The notes under the pieces: generated by a model | The model's database searches: none | Told to the model about the DNA's origin: nothing | Seen by the model: only the letters and a program-made list of their open reading frames with translations | Virus record (IMG/VR): IMGVR_UViG_3300025012_000046 | Coordinates: 35,506-99,505 of that record | DNA length: 64,000 bases | DNA from: a virus | Direction: 5' to 3' (one strand) | Shown: positions 35,830 to 45,700 of the stretch, one piece after another | How positions within the stretch are numbered: position 1 is the stretch's first letter | Layout: every line of letters begins with the position of its first letter | Position numbers and translations under genes: made by a program

Positions 35830-38800
35830 TTATGATATAGCAGCTGGTGCAGGGTTACTTACAGACAACGTAACAGGCGCAGAACGTCTACCTAATTTGT
35901 CAACAGGAGTTATTCTTATTGAAAAATACCTAGTTATACCGTCAGCGTGATTATCAATATGGTTATACGTATACTCTTCTACGGTTATCTTATCGTTTCT
36001 TCGTACACTGCCGCTTTGGTTTAAAATCTCAATAAGGTAGTGCTTTAACCAGCTTGATGAGTCATTAACTCCCGCGCCACCATCTTCCCCAGCTGGTAAA
36101 TTGGTAAGCGCATCAACAAGCTGCGGCTTTCTCCAAGTAAAGGCAGCATCTCTACCCACAAACACATTATCATTTCCCTGACCTTTTAACTGAAGGCCTG
36201 ACACTCCACTTAGCGTAATATTATTAGCCAGAGTTGAAGAAACAACTAAGGTTGTAAACGGGTTATTTATCAAATCTACCAAAGACTCGTTTATAGTTTG
36301 CCTAGTATTATCTTTATAAACTGAACAGGCTATAAACTGTAATGTGCCTGCTGTGCCTATATCTGGTATGAACACGTACCCAGACTTATCCACAGGCAGC
36401 TGTGTGTAAATACCTGAGCCAGCAGTTCCGTAGTTAATAATAACACCAGCCCAGTTTAGAGCTGTAGGGACTGAATAGTAGCAGTCAACCCCAACCTTAA
36501 CGTTACCAGCAGAGTCAGTGTAAGCTCTCTCTTCTACAGTAAAATTACTTACAGAAAGCTGTACTGGGTCTGGTAGTGTTGAGTAGTCATAAGTTACAAA
36601 AGTTCCAGCTCCAGTTATATCATCAGCAAGGTCATAGATACTTTCATTATATTCTACACACGAAATTTCTACTAACTCATCAGAATCTCTTTTCACAGCC
36701 AGTACTTTAAAAGGCTTAACAACGTTGGTTGTTTCGCCTACAACATAATCGTCTCCTATTGCTGGGGCTGTTGCTGGCGTGCCAGTCAATGTTACTGTGT
36801 TATATGTTCCGTTGGCTTTTGCAGTTAGAGCTAGTGTAACAGGCTCGGCACCGTTACTAGAAATCATGATAGACATTGCGTTACCGCTGTATATCACGTC
36901 ACCACTTAAAGTTAATTCTAATGTGCCAGCATTGTACCCCTCTATTTTTCCGCCGTAACCCCAAGCAGGAACATCATGTTGAATCCCAACTACATCTCCT
37001 ATAGTAGACAATAACCCATAAGTTCCTGTTTTAAATGACACAGACGTAAGTAAATTTTCTCCTGCTAGCAAAGCATACCTAGCTAGAGCTTGAGCTTGCC
37101 TATAATCTGTTACTCCAACTAAGTCTAAGGTCTTCTTTCTTTCTTCTAGCTGGGAGTTAGTATTAAGACTCTCGGCCTCTATTAAAAGAATATCTTTTTC
37201 GTAGTCTTTTTCTTTATTAATAAACTGTGCTTCGTAAGAGTTTATCATACCTCTATATGAAAGCCCAGTTTGAGTAAAGTCTTTAATATTACTCATGTTA
37301 AACAGCTGCGTAATGTTCTTTTTACGGTCTATGTCGATCCATACTATGCCTTCAGAGTAATACCAAGAAGCACGCATAACCCCACATATAGCAGTAAGCA
37401 GCTCTGGTATAGACTTAGATTCATCCAAAACTATATTCAAACTGAACCTAGGTCTAGCCGCCGCCCACTCTGCGGAAGCAGGGTCAGTTACAATTGTACC
37501 ATCATCTTTTATTCTGGTGTCGCAGTACTCAGCCATTACATAAAAATTGGCCAGCATAAGACCAAGTTTTGTTTGATCTATAGTAAAATAATTACCTGCG
37601 CCGTATCTGGTATTAGTTATTAAATCCCACAGGCACCAAACAGGATTATCCGTCCACGCTTTTGTGGCTGATAATTGACCGCTCCAATTAGCCACACCAC
37701 CGGGCATGTATCTATCGGTGCCGTTATAATCAGAGCCATTAGTACCTTCAGGGACAGCCACTTTTACACCGCTAACAACAGAAGTAATTACTGGCATGTT
37801 CCCTGAAATCTGATCTGTGGCCTTTATTCTAACACCAAGTAACGCAGTATTAACATACGCAACGTCACTATAAACTATCTCGTCTAGGTTCTTAAGATAT
37901 ATAGTGTCACCTATATTAAGATCAGCGTCATGATTGTTTGTGGTCCTAAGTACGCATATATCGTATTGGTCTAACGCTGGAAACACTAACTCCCTGGATA
38001 CAGATACCTCAGATTTACTGGCTGGAGAAGTTATGTAATTCCAGTCTGGGTAGTTGTTAGGAGCTGTGTACTCTACCCAGCTATCTGATGGAGCATCTTT
38101 TATTTTATAAAATATTTTAAAGTCTACCCTAGCAGCTCCACCGTTACTGTACAAAGCTGGTGCTGATATTATAACTTTGCAGGCGTGAACTGGTTTAGAC
38201 GTAGTTGCTACTGCTCCCATATCTTTAGTATCTTCATTAGGTGGAGCAGGCTTTGCAGCCAAAATATTGTGTGTCACCGAGTTCTCTATGCGGTTAAACC
38301 CGTACATAGAGTTCCTATTGTCAAGCGTATCAAGAGTAGTGGTTTTTAGAGTATAACCGTCTATAACTAAATAATGGCGTAGAGTTTCCCAACCATCCCA
38401 CACACCTTGACCTAACTCTGTATAAAAATAGAATTTTACTTTAAGGTCAGTGCTTAAAGTATTAAAATTAAAATCTTTTTGCAGTATAAAAGGCAGTATT
38501 CTAAGCCCCCAATTTCCGTTATTGAAAGACACTGGGTTATCTGTAGCCCCTAGTAAAGTGTCACCGGAGTAAACCTCTATCCTACTCTGTAATTCTGGCA
38601 GCGGAGAAGGGGTAGTTTCAGAGTCACCTTTATACATATCACTAGCGTACAAAGCTATCTTCAAGTTAAACTTAAGAGAGATGCCAGTTATGTCTTCACT
38701 GTTTAATAGGATACACTCAGCTAAGGTGTCACTAACACGGGCCAGTTTTATTGGGCTTGCACTAGTATCGTATAAACTAGTTGTTTCTTTAGGAGTTATT

Positions 38801-39552
38801 AAGGGCCATTGCGGTTCATTTACATTGCTACCAGTTCTCCAAAAAGCAGCTATATCTTGGTAATGTAGTATGCTTTGGTTGTTTACTTGAACAGAGTTTA
38901 CGTCTATGCTGTCAATTTCTCCTTCAGATAAACCATACTGCGCATATAGAAATTGGTCTACGCCAAGTACATCAACAAAGGCGTTTAATACATGGCCACC
39001 TACTCTATGCTTACCGTAAATTATATTTACAGGAGTGCCTGGAGTAGTAGTGTTTTTTATACCAGAAAAGCTATATGTGGCAGACGATGAATTTCCTGAG
39101 TCGTAGGTAGGAAGCTGAGGTTGGCCCATAACAAGCTCGGACATACCACCCATCGTCATTGACACCCCAGCCATTACTGCCATTTTGCCCCAGAACCCTA
39201 GTGCGGCCCACGACAAAGAGCCAGCAGAAAGAAAAGCTGCGGCTATAAGAACAACTCCTACTATTATTTTTCCTATACCACCTGAGCCTTCAGGAACGTC
39301 TCTTCCAAACTCAAGCACATCTTCAGAACTAACCTTCTGCCACAAACAATCTGAGTAAAGTAAATACTCGTTATTCAACTTTAAAGAAGTTTTGTTGGAC
39401 TCTTCACCAGCGTCTGCTACTAAAAATACGTACAGTTGTGGGTAATCACAAAGTAACTTCTCAAGGCACTGAGATAAAGTCGCTCCATCAACAACTACCG
39501 CTTCCTTAAATGAAACGTATTTTTTAAATTCTGGGGAAAATTTTACTAACAA
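35830..39552 (-). CDS. Tip attachment protein J-like (host specificity) with N-terminal lambda gpI-like ubiquitin-fold segment
   Basis: YSFSG..GTPVNIIYGKHRVGG, LSEGEI, WTDNPVWCLWDLITNTRYG, YCD, FN3 domains. Confidence 0.88.
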   Translation of the reverse strand: MLVKFSPEFKKYVSFKEAVVVDGATLSQCLEKLLCDYPQLYVFLVADAGEESNKTSLKLNNEYLLYSDCLWQKVSSEDVLEFGRDVPEGSGGIGKIIVGVVLIAAAFLSAGSLSWAALGFWGKMAVMAGVSMTMGGMSELVMGQPQLPTYDSGNSSSATYSFSGIKNTTTPGTPVNIIYGKHRVGGHVLNAFVDVLGVDQFLYAQYGLSEGEIDSIDVNSVQVNNQSILHYQDIAAFWRTGSNVNEPQWPLITPKETTSLYDTSASPIKLARVSDTLAECILLNSEDITGISLKFNLKIALYASDMYKGDSETTPSPLPELQSRIEVYSGDTLLGATDNPVSFNNGNWGLRILPFILQKDFNFNTLSTDLKVKFYFYTELGQGVWDGWETLRHYLVIDGYTLKTTTLDTLDNRNSMYGFNRIENSVTHNILAAKPAPPNEDTKDMGAVATTSKPVHACKVIISAPALYSNGGAARVDFKIFYKIKDAPSDSWVEYTAPNNYPDWNYITSPASKSEVSVSRELVFPALDQYDICVLRTTNNHDADLNIGDTIYLKNLDEIVYSDVAYVNTALLGVRIKATDQISGNMPVITSVVSGVKVAVPEGTNGSDYNGTDRYMPGGVANWSGQLSATKAWTDNPVWCLWDLITNTRYGAGNYFTIDQTKLGLMLANFYVMAEYCDTRIKDDGTIVTDPASAEWAAARPRFSLNIVLDESKSIPELLTAICGVMRASWYYSEGIVWIDIDRKKNITQLFNMSNIKDFTQTGLSYRGMINSYEAQFINKEKDYEKDILLIEAESLNTNSQLEERKKTLDLVGVTDYRQAQALARYALLAGENLLTSVSFKTGTYGLLSTIGDVVGIQHDVPAWGYGGKIEGYNAGTLELTLSGDVIYSGNAMSIMISSNGAEPVTLALTAKANGTYNTVTLTGTPATAPAIGDDYVVGETTNVVKPFKVLAVKRDSDELVEISCVEYNESIYDLADDITGAGTFVTYDYSTLPDPVQLSVSNFTVEERAYTDSAGNVKVGVDCYYSVPTALNWAGVIINYGTAGSGIYTQLPVDKSGYVFIPDIGTAGTLQFIACSVYKDNTRQTINESLVDLINNPFTTLVVSSTLANNITLSGVSGLQLKGQGNDNVFVGRDAAFTWRKPQLVDALTNLPAGEDGGAGVNDSSSWLKHYLIEILNQSGSVRRNDKITVEEYTYNHIDNHADGITRYFSIRITPVDKLGRRSAPVTLSVSNPAPAAIS

Positions 39553-39944
39553 ATTAAACCTCTCTTGTACCTAAAAACAGAGTGAATTATTTGGCTGTAT
39601 ACACCTACCAAGTAAGAATGACAAAACGTGCCGCTTTCTAGTGTGTGTAGAAAGTATCCATCGTTTATAACTACGCCTAGATGTTTTGGGTAGTTAGACT
39701 CATTTATTAAAATAACGTCGCCAAACTTAGTATCTGGTACTTTTTTGAACCCAAATTTAGTGTATAGCCTTAATATCTTTTTTGCGTCTGTAAGCTCCCA
39801 GTTTTTAGCATAATCATCGCAGTCTGGTAGTGTTACATTAAACTCATTTTTATAGATAAGTTTTACTAACCCAAAACAATCACACCCACTGAAGTCTGCT
39901 CCAAGGTGTTTATTCGGTATACTCAGATACTTTACGTAGTTCAC
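39546..39944 (-). CDS. NlpC/P60 tail assembly protein (gpK C-terminal half)
   Basis: GCDCFGLV, GDVIL, HLGV, FLH. Confidence 0.88.
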   Translation of the reverse strand: MNYVKYLSIPNKHLGADFSGCDCFGLVKLIYKNEFNVTLPDCDDYAKNWELTDAKKILRLYTKFGFKKVPDTKFGDVILINESNYPKHLGVVINDGYFLHTLESGTFCHSYLVGVYSQIIHSVFRYKRGLIC

Positions 39945-39967
39945 AAAACCTCAATAAAATAAAATAG

Positions 39968-41053
39968 TTAGAATAGTATGCGCCTAACACCACTTGCTGG
40001 AACTCCAACGAACCCACCAAACCTAGCAACGTTACTGTGGGCTTCACAATCAGTTATATCTTTCTTGCAAGTAGACAAAGCACCAACATACCCACACTCA
40101 GCAGATTTATACCGCCAATAACAAAGATGAGTAAACCTGCGCCTAGGAAGTCTAACAGAGAAATCCATAGAAGGCTCAAGATTAAACTGAACGGCAGACT
40201 CGGTTGCGGTGTATGAATCTATTACATAAAATTCTTCTGTAAACGAGGTGGTGCTGACATTTACATTTGGTATAGGAAAAATATTATTGTAGTCGTCAAT
40301 TAACGCTACGTATTCAACCTGAAAAACGTCTTCAGTTGTAGTTCCAAAATCAAACCTTAAACTGTCTATTACACTGGTTGCCCAATCGCTCCCGCCAGCT
40401 GTTAGTTGAGACATATCTAGGGTTATCTCTATGGTGTTGCTAAAATTCTCTGGCTCTGCGAAATCCTTTTTATAAGACTCAGATGCACCATGCCCTGCTG
40501 TGTGGTAATATAACGTACCTTGCCAGCCACTGCCTGCTAATCTTTTGACTCTCACCTTAACATTTTTGTAAACAGAACCAGTTACTGATAATCCAGTAAT
40601 ATAAAACATTGGGTCAGTTGACGTGGATGTTACTATCACACCGTATGGGTCTGTGGTTAGCGTTGCACCAAATCCGCCCCAGCCATTAGCTGTGTTATCG
40701 AAATACCATCCGGTATTGTAAACTTTATCTAAGAATTTAGCGAATACAGTTTTTATACTTATAGGACAATTTCTAAGTCCATTGTAGTTTTCTATGAATG
40801 ACTGTATGGTTCTGTCTGCGTTAGCTACAACTACGTTAGCTTTGCTAATGCTGCCGTCTCCGTTTATTTCCATGCCGTTATATTTAACCGGAAACTTAGT
40901 GTAAGTTATTCCGTTGTACTGAACATCATCATTATAGGCAACTACAGTCAAATCTGTGTCCTGATTTATAGATACAGTTATCAGGTGCAAAAGTGGCTCT
41001 TGCTCACTAGCAACAGCCTCTTCTTTAAATAGCGTAGTAAGAGTTCTAGGCAC
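39968..41053 (-). CDS. Minor tail protein L-like with an inserted beta-sandwich domain
   Basis: YTKFPV, LPRRRFTHLCYWRYKSAECGY..C..C..RFGGF. Confidence 0.82.
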   Translation of the reverse strand: MPRTLTTLFKEEAVASEQEPLLHLITVSINQDTDLTVVAYNDDVQYNGITYTKFPVKYNGMEINGDGSISKANVVVANADRTIQSFIENYNGLRNCPISIKTVFAKFLDKVYNTGWYFDNTANGWGGFGATLTTDPYGVIVTSTSTDPMFYITGLSVTGSVYKNVKVRVKRLAGSGWQGTLYYHTAGHGASESYKKDFAEPENFSNTIEITLDMSQLTAGGSDWATSVIDSLRFDFGTTTEDVFQVEYVALIDDYNNIFPIPNVNVSTTSFTEEFYVIDSYTATESAVQFNLEPSMDFSVRLPRRRFTHLCYWRYKSAECGYVGALSTCKKDITDCEAHSNVARFGGFVGVPASGVRRILF

Positions 41054-41357
41054 TTATATATCTCCACTTACTTCCAGCAACTATTAGAAAATCGTAATTT
41101 AGTCTTTTCTGGCACGCTAAGTCATCTTTGGAGGGTTCAGGATCGCCGTTAACGTGGCTGTGGTAAATACATCTTATTTCTGGCTTAGTGTTCAAAAGCT
41201 TGAACCATTCAGTTTTGTCGAAGATAAATGTGTGGTTGGTTGTAGAAACATTTTTTATCTCTACTATAGAGTTGTCTTTTAGTACCACTCCACATATCTC
41301 TTTTGTTTTAAGTGAAGCTAGCCATTGTATTTTTTCTATGGTGTCTTTTGAGCACAC
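41046..41357 (-). CDS. JAB/MPN metalloprotease (gpK N-terminal half)
   Basis: EICGVV..IYHSH..PSKDD. Confidence 0.88.
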   Translation of the reverse strand: MCSKDTIEKIQWLASLKTKEICGVVLKDNSIVEIKNVSTTNHTFIFDKTEWFKLLNTKPEIRCIYHSHVNGDPEPSKDDLACQKRLNYDFLIVAGSKWRYISA

Positions 41358-41740
41358 TAGAATACTTCCTCCAGCTTTATACCTACTTCATATAAAGGGG
41401 TGTTTGCGTTGTGCATCTTGTAGTTTCCGACGAAGTTTTCCATTGAAAAATGTACGACGAAATTAGAATTGGTCACAGGATCGACCCAGTTGAATGACTT
41501 CACAGGGCCATTACAAAAGATGTAGAAGTCCCGCAGAGTTTTGTACTCGGTAGCATTAAGTGCCAAATAAGAAAACTCAAAAGTGTTCTTTGCTCTGCCT
41601 CTAGCTCTGCGTTGGCTGTGACCTGCGTCGAACTCGCTGATAATGGTGCTAGTTTTAACTCCATAATCTATTGGCCGGGACGGTCTCGGCATTGCCTTGC
41701 CAGTCGTAGAATCCGTAACAGGATAGTTTGGTATTGCCAT
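41357..41740 (-). CDS. Distal tail protein (lambda gpM-like)
   Basis: SEFDAGHSQRRAR..SFNWVDP..LEEVF; follows the tape measure gene. Confidence 0.75.
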   Translation of the reverse strand: MAIPNYPVTDSTTGKAMPRPSRPIDYGVKTSTIISEFDAGHSQRRARGRAKNTFEFSYLALNATEYKTLRDFYIFCNGPVKSFNWVDPVTNSNFVVHFSMENFVGNYKMHNANTPLYEVGIKLEEVF

Positions 41741-41752
41741 AAAAATTTACCT

Positions 41753-41796
41753 CTACTATATTTATATACACAAAAGTTGTAAAAATTATTAATTTT
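41753..41796 (-). promoter_or_regulatory. Putative late promoter element, copy 2
   Basis: Same palindrome (one mismatch), 14 bp, TATAAATA; upstream of 41740. Confidence 0.75.
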
Positions 41797-41812
41797 AGTT
41801 TGCGTAGTAAAG

Positions 41813-42732
41813 TTAGGCTACTAGTTTAGTGTTTATGAACTCTATGAATTGCTCTCTTGTGTTGTTACCATAACCATAAGTTTTATGAAATTCTACGTGA
41901 CATTTCTTACATAAATAAACTCCATTATTAACATCTGTTCTAAGCTCTGGGTTACTTCTATAGCTTTCTAAGTGGTGCGCGTTACCATTATGTGTATATT
42001 TACCACAACATTGGCAAATGTTTTTGTACTTTTTGTATATTATTAGTGTCCATTCTTTATACTCAGGTATTGCGCGCCTATCAATTCTATCCTCTTCAGT
42101 TAAGTTTGAATTATACTGTGGTGTAGTGACCCAGTGTGCGTTCTGCTGTACTCACTCAGTCTTTTCGCACTAAGTTCTTTTTTATGACAACTACAACTAA
42201 CGGTTCCGCCGCTGGTTAATTGTCCAGTAACTACATTTATAACGTTTCCACAATCACATTTTACATCCCACCTGCTACCACCTTTTCCGTTTGATTTATA
42301 CTCCTTTATTACTACTAATCTACCAAATCTTTTTCCTAATAACTCCACGCCTGCTGGACCTTTGCGCATACAACCACAAGACAACATTTTTCCAGAATTC
42401 AAATGTCCAGTATATATTTCCTTTACGTTACCACAATCACATTTACATACCCAATATGACCTTTTCTTACCGCTGACTGTATACTCAGTTCTAGTAATAG
42501 CCACTAACATACCAAAACGCTTACCAGTTAAGTCATATCGTTTATCTTTTGTTAAGCAACCACATGAGCGTACATTTCCATGTTTTAATGTTCCGGCACT
42601 TACTTCCTTAACCGCGCCACATTCACACTTACATACCCAATACGCTATCTTTTTCTTTCTAGTAACGCCTTTATAAAGTACTGTTAATCTACCAAAAACT
42701 TTTCCGGTTAAATCTGTAGCAACATCACCCAT
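41813..42732 (-). pseudogene. HNH homing endonuclease, frameshifted near 42120
   Basis: Three DLTGKxFGxL..CKCDCG..SCGC repeats; the nuclease domain (CQCCG..NAHHLESY..NNGVYLCKKCHVEFH..KLVA*) continues in another frame to 41813. Confidence 0.85.
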
Positions 42733-42734
42733 CT

Positions 42735-45700
42735 TTAATTCCCCTGCATTATTCCTTTAATTTGTCGGTATAATACATCCCTTTTGCTTAACGAAAACGA
42801 AACTGTATTTATAATCTCAGGCCCAGTGGTACGTGGCACTGATTCTATATCAGCTATGTTATAAATATTGAGAACCCACGGCTGCTCACTTTTACCGCTG
42901 CTAGCACTAGCACTCACCCCACTAACACTGCCCCCAGCGGCAAATCTCTTAACGCGCCCTGCATTAAGTTCCTGCATAAAGTCAACACCGTACTTATCTA
43001 CTGCCGAAGCTCTTACTATGAATTCTTTCGGCATAGCTAGGATAGGCACAGAGTCTTTTCCAGGTATTCCACCAGTCACAACGCCACCGTCAGCAAACTG
43101 GGCAGGAGACAACCCATTAGCCCCTAGTGTGAAAGTTCCGGCACTTGTGGAAGAAGTCATTGGGCTGCCGCCCCCGCCAGAGCTAGCAGTAGCCATCCCT
43201 ATCAACTGCTGAACAGCGTACACCACCATCATCTTTACTATGTACTTCTGCAAAACATCAGCTATGTCTTTAAGTATATTTCCTATTCCGTCCTTAAAAG
43301 AGCGCCACGCATTTTCTCCCTTACCTAAAGCGTCTATCATCCCATTTACTGCGCTCTCAGTAGATGTTTCTAGGGTATTGGTGATGTTGTAGCCAAGGTC
43401 TTCGGTCATGGATGCAGCGTCACCAAAACCTCTATTTGCTTTGTACATGCCTTTTTTAAAGTTTGTGCCAAAGCTGGTGTCTTTAAGTTCTGTTTGCTGC
43501 TTTAGAAGCTGTGAGTTGAGATTTACTATCTCTTCCATCTTGTCACGTATATTTATATAACGGCGCTCATTTTCAGATAGTTCAACCCCTTCTTCTTGCT
43601 TTTTACGCACAGATTCCTCTGACAATCCTAAAACCTTAAGATCGTTCTGGTACGATTTAACCTTCATATCGCCTGAATCTATCTGCGCTTGTAATATCTG
43701 TATGTCAAGGTTACGTATTTCTTCAGCTGTCTTAGCCTGCTCTTTCTGTAAATTTAGTGCTTGTGCTTCAGTTCTAAATCTACGCTCAGCTTGTTTCTCG
43801 TAGTAATCTGAAGTTAAACCTGACTTTTTATTTAGTTTGTAACCTAGAGGATTTGCCTCAGAACTAATATCAGCGTCAATTTTCTTGTCTAGATTTTCCA
43901 AAGCTTTAGTGTAATCATCAAACAAATCGTCGGTAGCGCCAGCAGACAAAAATCCCTCAACTATACTCTTTCTATCATCGGAGTATTTAGCTTCTACTTT
44001 TTTACGAATCTCAAGTTTGGCTTCTTCAAACGCAGATTGTTTTTCTTCGTATGTTTTTGTTGTGTCAGTTAAAACATCTTCAAGCGCTTTTATCCTAGCG
44101 TTAGCTTCACGCTCCTGAGTTGAATATTCCAGCTTCTCAACTTCTGACAGGAACTTATCTTTGTTTTTCTGTACATCTTTCAAGTAATCAAGATAATTTT
44201 TAGCAGCTTCTTCTTTAGCTTTTTCTAGTTCCTTTTGTCTTTCTTTTGCTGCGTTAGTTACTGCGTCTCCAGGCTCTATTTTTCCTTTTTTCTTGCTACT
44301 AAAATCATCGTTAAAACTCATAAGTCCGGTCATTGGGTCTACCTGACCGAATGTACCTGCTTGACTAGCTGATAAAGATTGCCACTGCTTAACTGTTTCT
44401 ATATACTCCTTCATCTTCTTTAATGCTGTGGTTGGATCGTCGTTATATTTTTCACCCAACTTATTAAAATACCTGTTACGTGCGCGTGTCTCTTTAGGAG
44501 CGCCTGCTAGTTCAGACTCTAAATTACTTGCGTTTGTCTCTGCTTTTTTAAGCAAGTCTCCGTAGAAGTTATAGCTGTTAACTCCTATCCTGGCCCCAAT
44601 ACGCTTGTTCTCTATTACTTTATCTTGTGCTTCATTTATTTGGTCTAGTAAATCCTTCTCTTTATTCAGGCCACTAAGATACTCAGGGTGGTTTTTTATC
44701 AAGTCATCTAGTGCTTTTCGCTGCTCTACAGTAAGTTGATTATACGTTACTTTAGATACACCTGTAGCGGTAATGCTCAGCACAAAGCTGTTCATGCTAT
44801 CTTCAGCCTGCTTTATTTTATCAGCGGTTTTTCCTATTTGTGATGTGTAATCTTCAAGTTCTTTTTTAGAACGTCTCTGTGAAGCACCAAATAAAGTTAT
44901 TGCCGCTGAAGCAGCCCCAAGCCCTAGTGTTAATGCAGCTACCCACGGATTTAGTTTTGTGAATATTGCTGTTGCCAGCCCTAACGCTTGGATAGTCTTA
45001 GTCAGATTTACTATCATAGGTATTAGCGCCATTGCAGCCACACTTATGGCAGACAAGGCCAACACAAACTTTCCGCCGTCAGTATTAAGCCCAGCAACGA
45101 ATGTTCTTAGTAACCCAAACGCAGCAGCCAAAGGACCACTTAGTATTTTTCCAATATCATTTACTGCAATTACAAATTCCTGTTTAACCACGTTCATCTG
45201 GTTTCTAACGCCTTCCATAGCTTTCATGTTAGCTATGAGTGTGGCGTTAGTTCCAGTTACTGCTTCTGTCATTCTTCTAAAGCCGTCTGAACCTACATTT
45301 AGTGTAGTTACTAGCGCCCTTGCCACACGCTTGTCTAGAGAAGACTGTATTTCTTGTAGTGTAAAGTCTGCTTTTTCAAGCTCCTTAACTACATCGGCAA
45401 AACTATTTTTGGCCGGATTTATAGCGTCTAAATTTACGCCTCGCTTTTCAAGTAAAGCACTAAACCTGCCTTTGGGCGCTACCAGATTAGATAAAAGTTG
45501 CGACATACCAGTACCTATAGTACTGGACATAATACCTTTTTGTGATATCGCAGATACTATACCAAGCGACTCTTCTAAGCTCATGCCCATAGCTGAAGCT
45601 TCGTTAGCTATATAGTTAAAAGCAGTACCAAGGCCACCGGCTTCAAGTTTAGAACTGTTTAACGCTGCGGTAAGTGCATTAGCCACGCGCATACTGTCTT

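Noticed and set aside
35815-35830. Frameshift or readthrough joining J to the downstream tail protein
   Set aside because: The downstream gene has its own GAGAGG RBS and GTG start, so two genes is the simpler reading.
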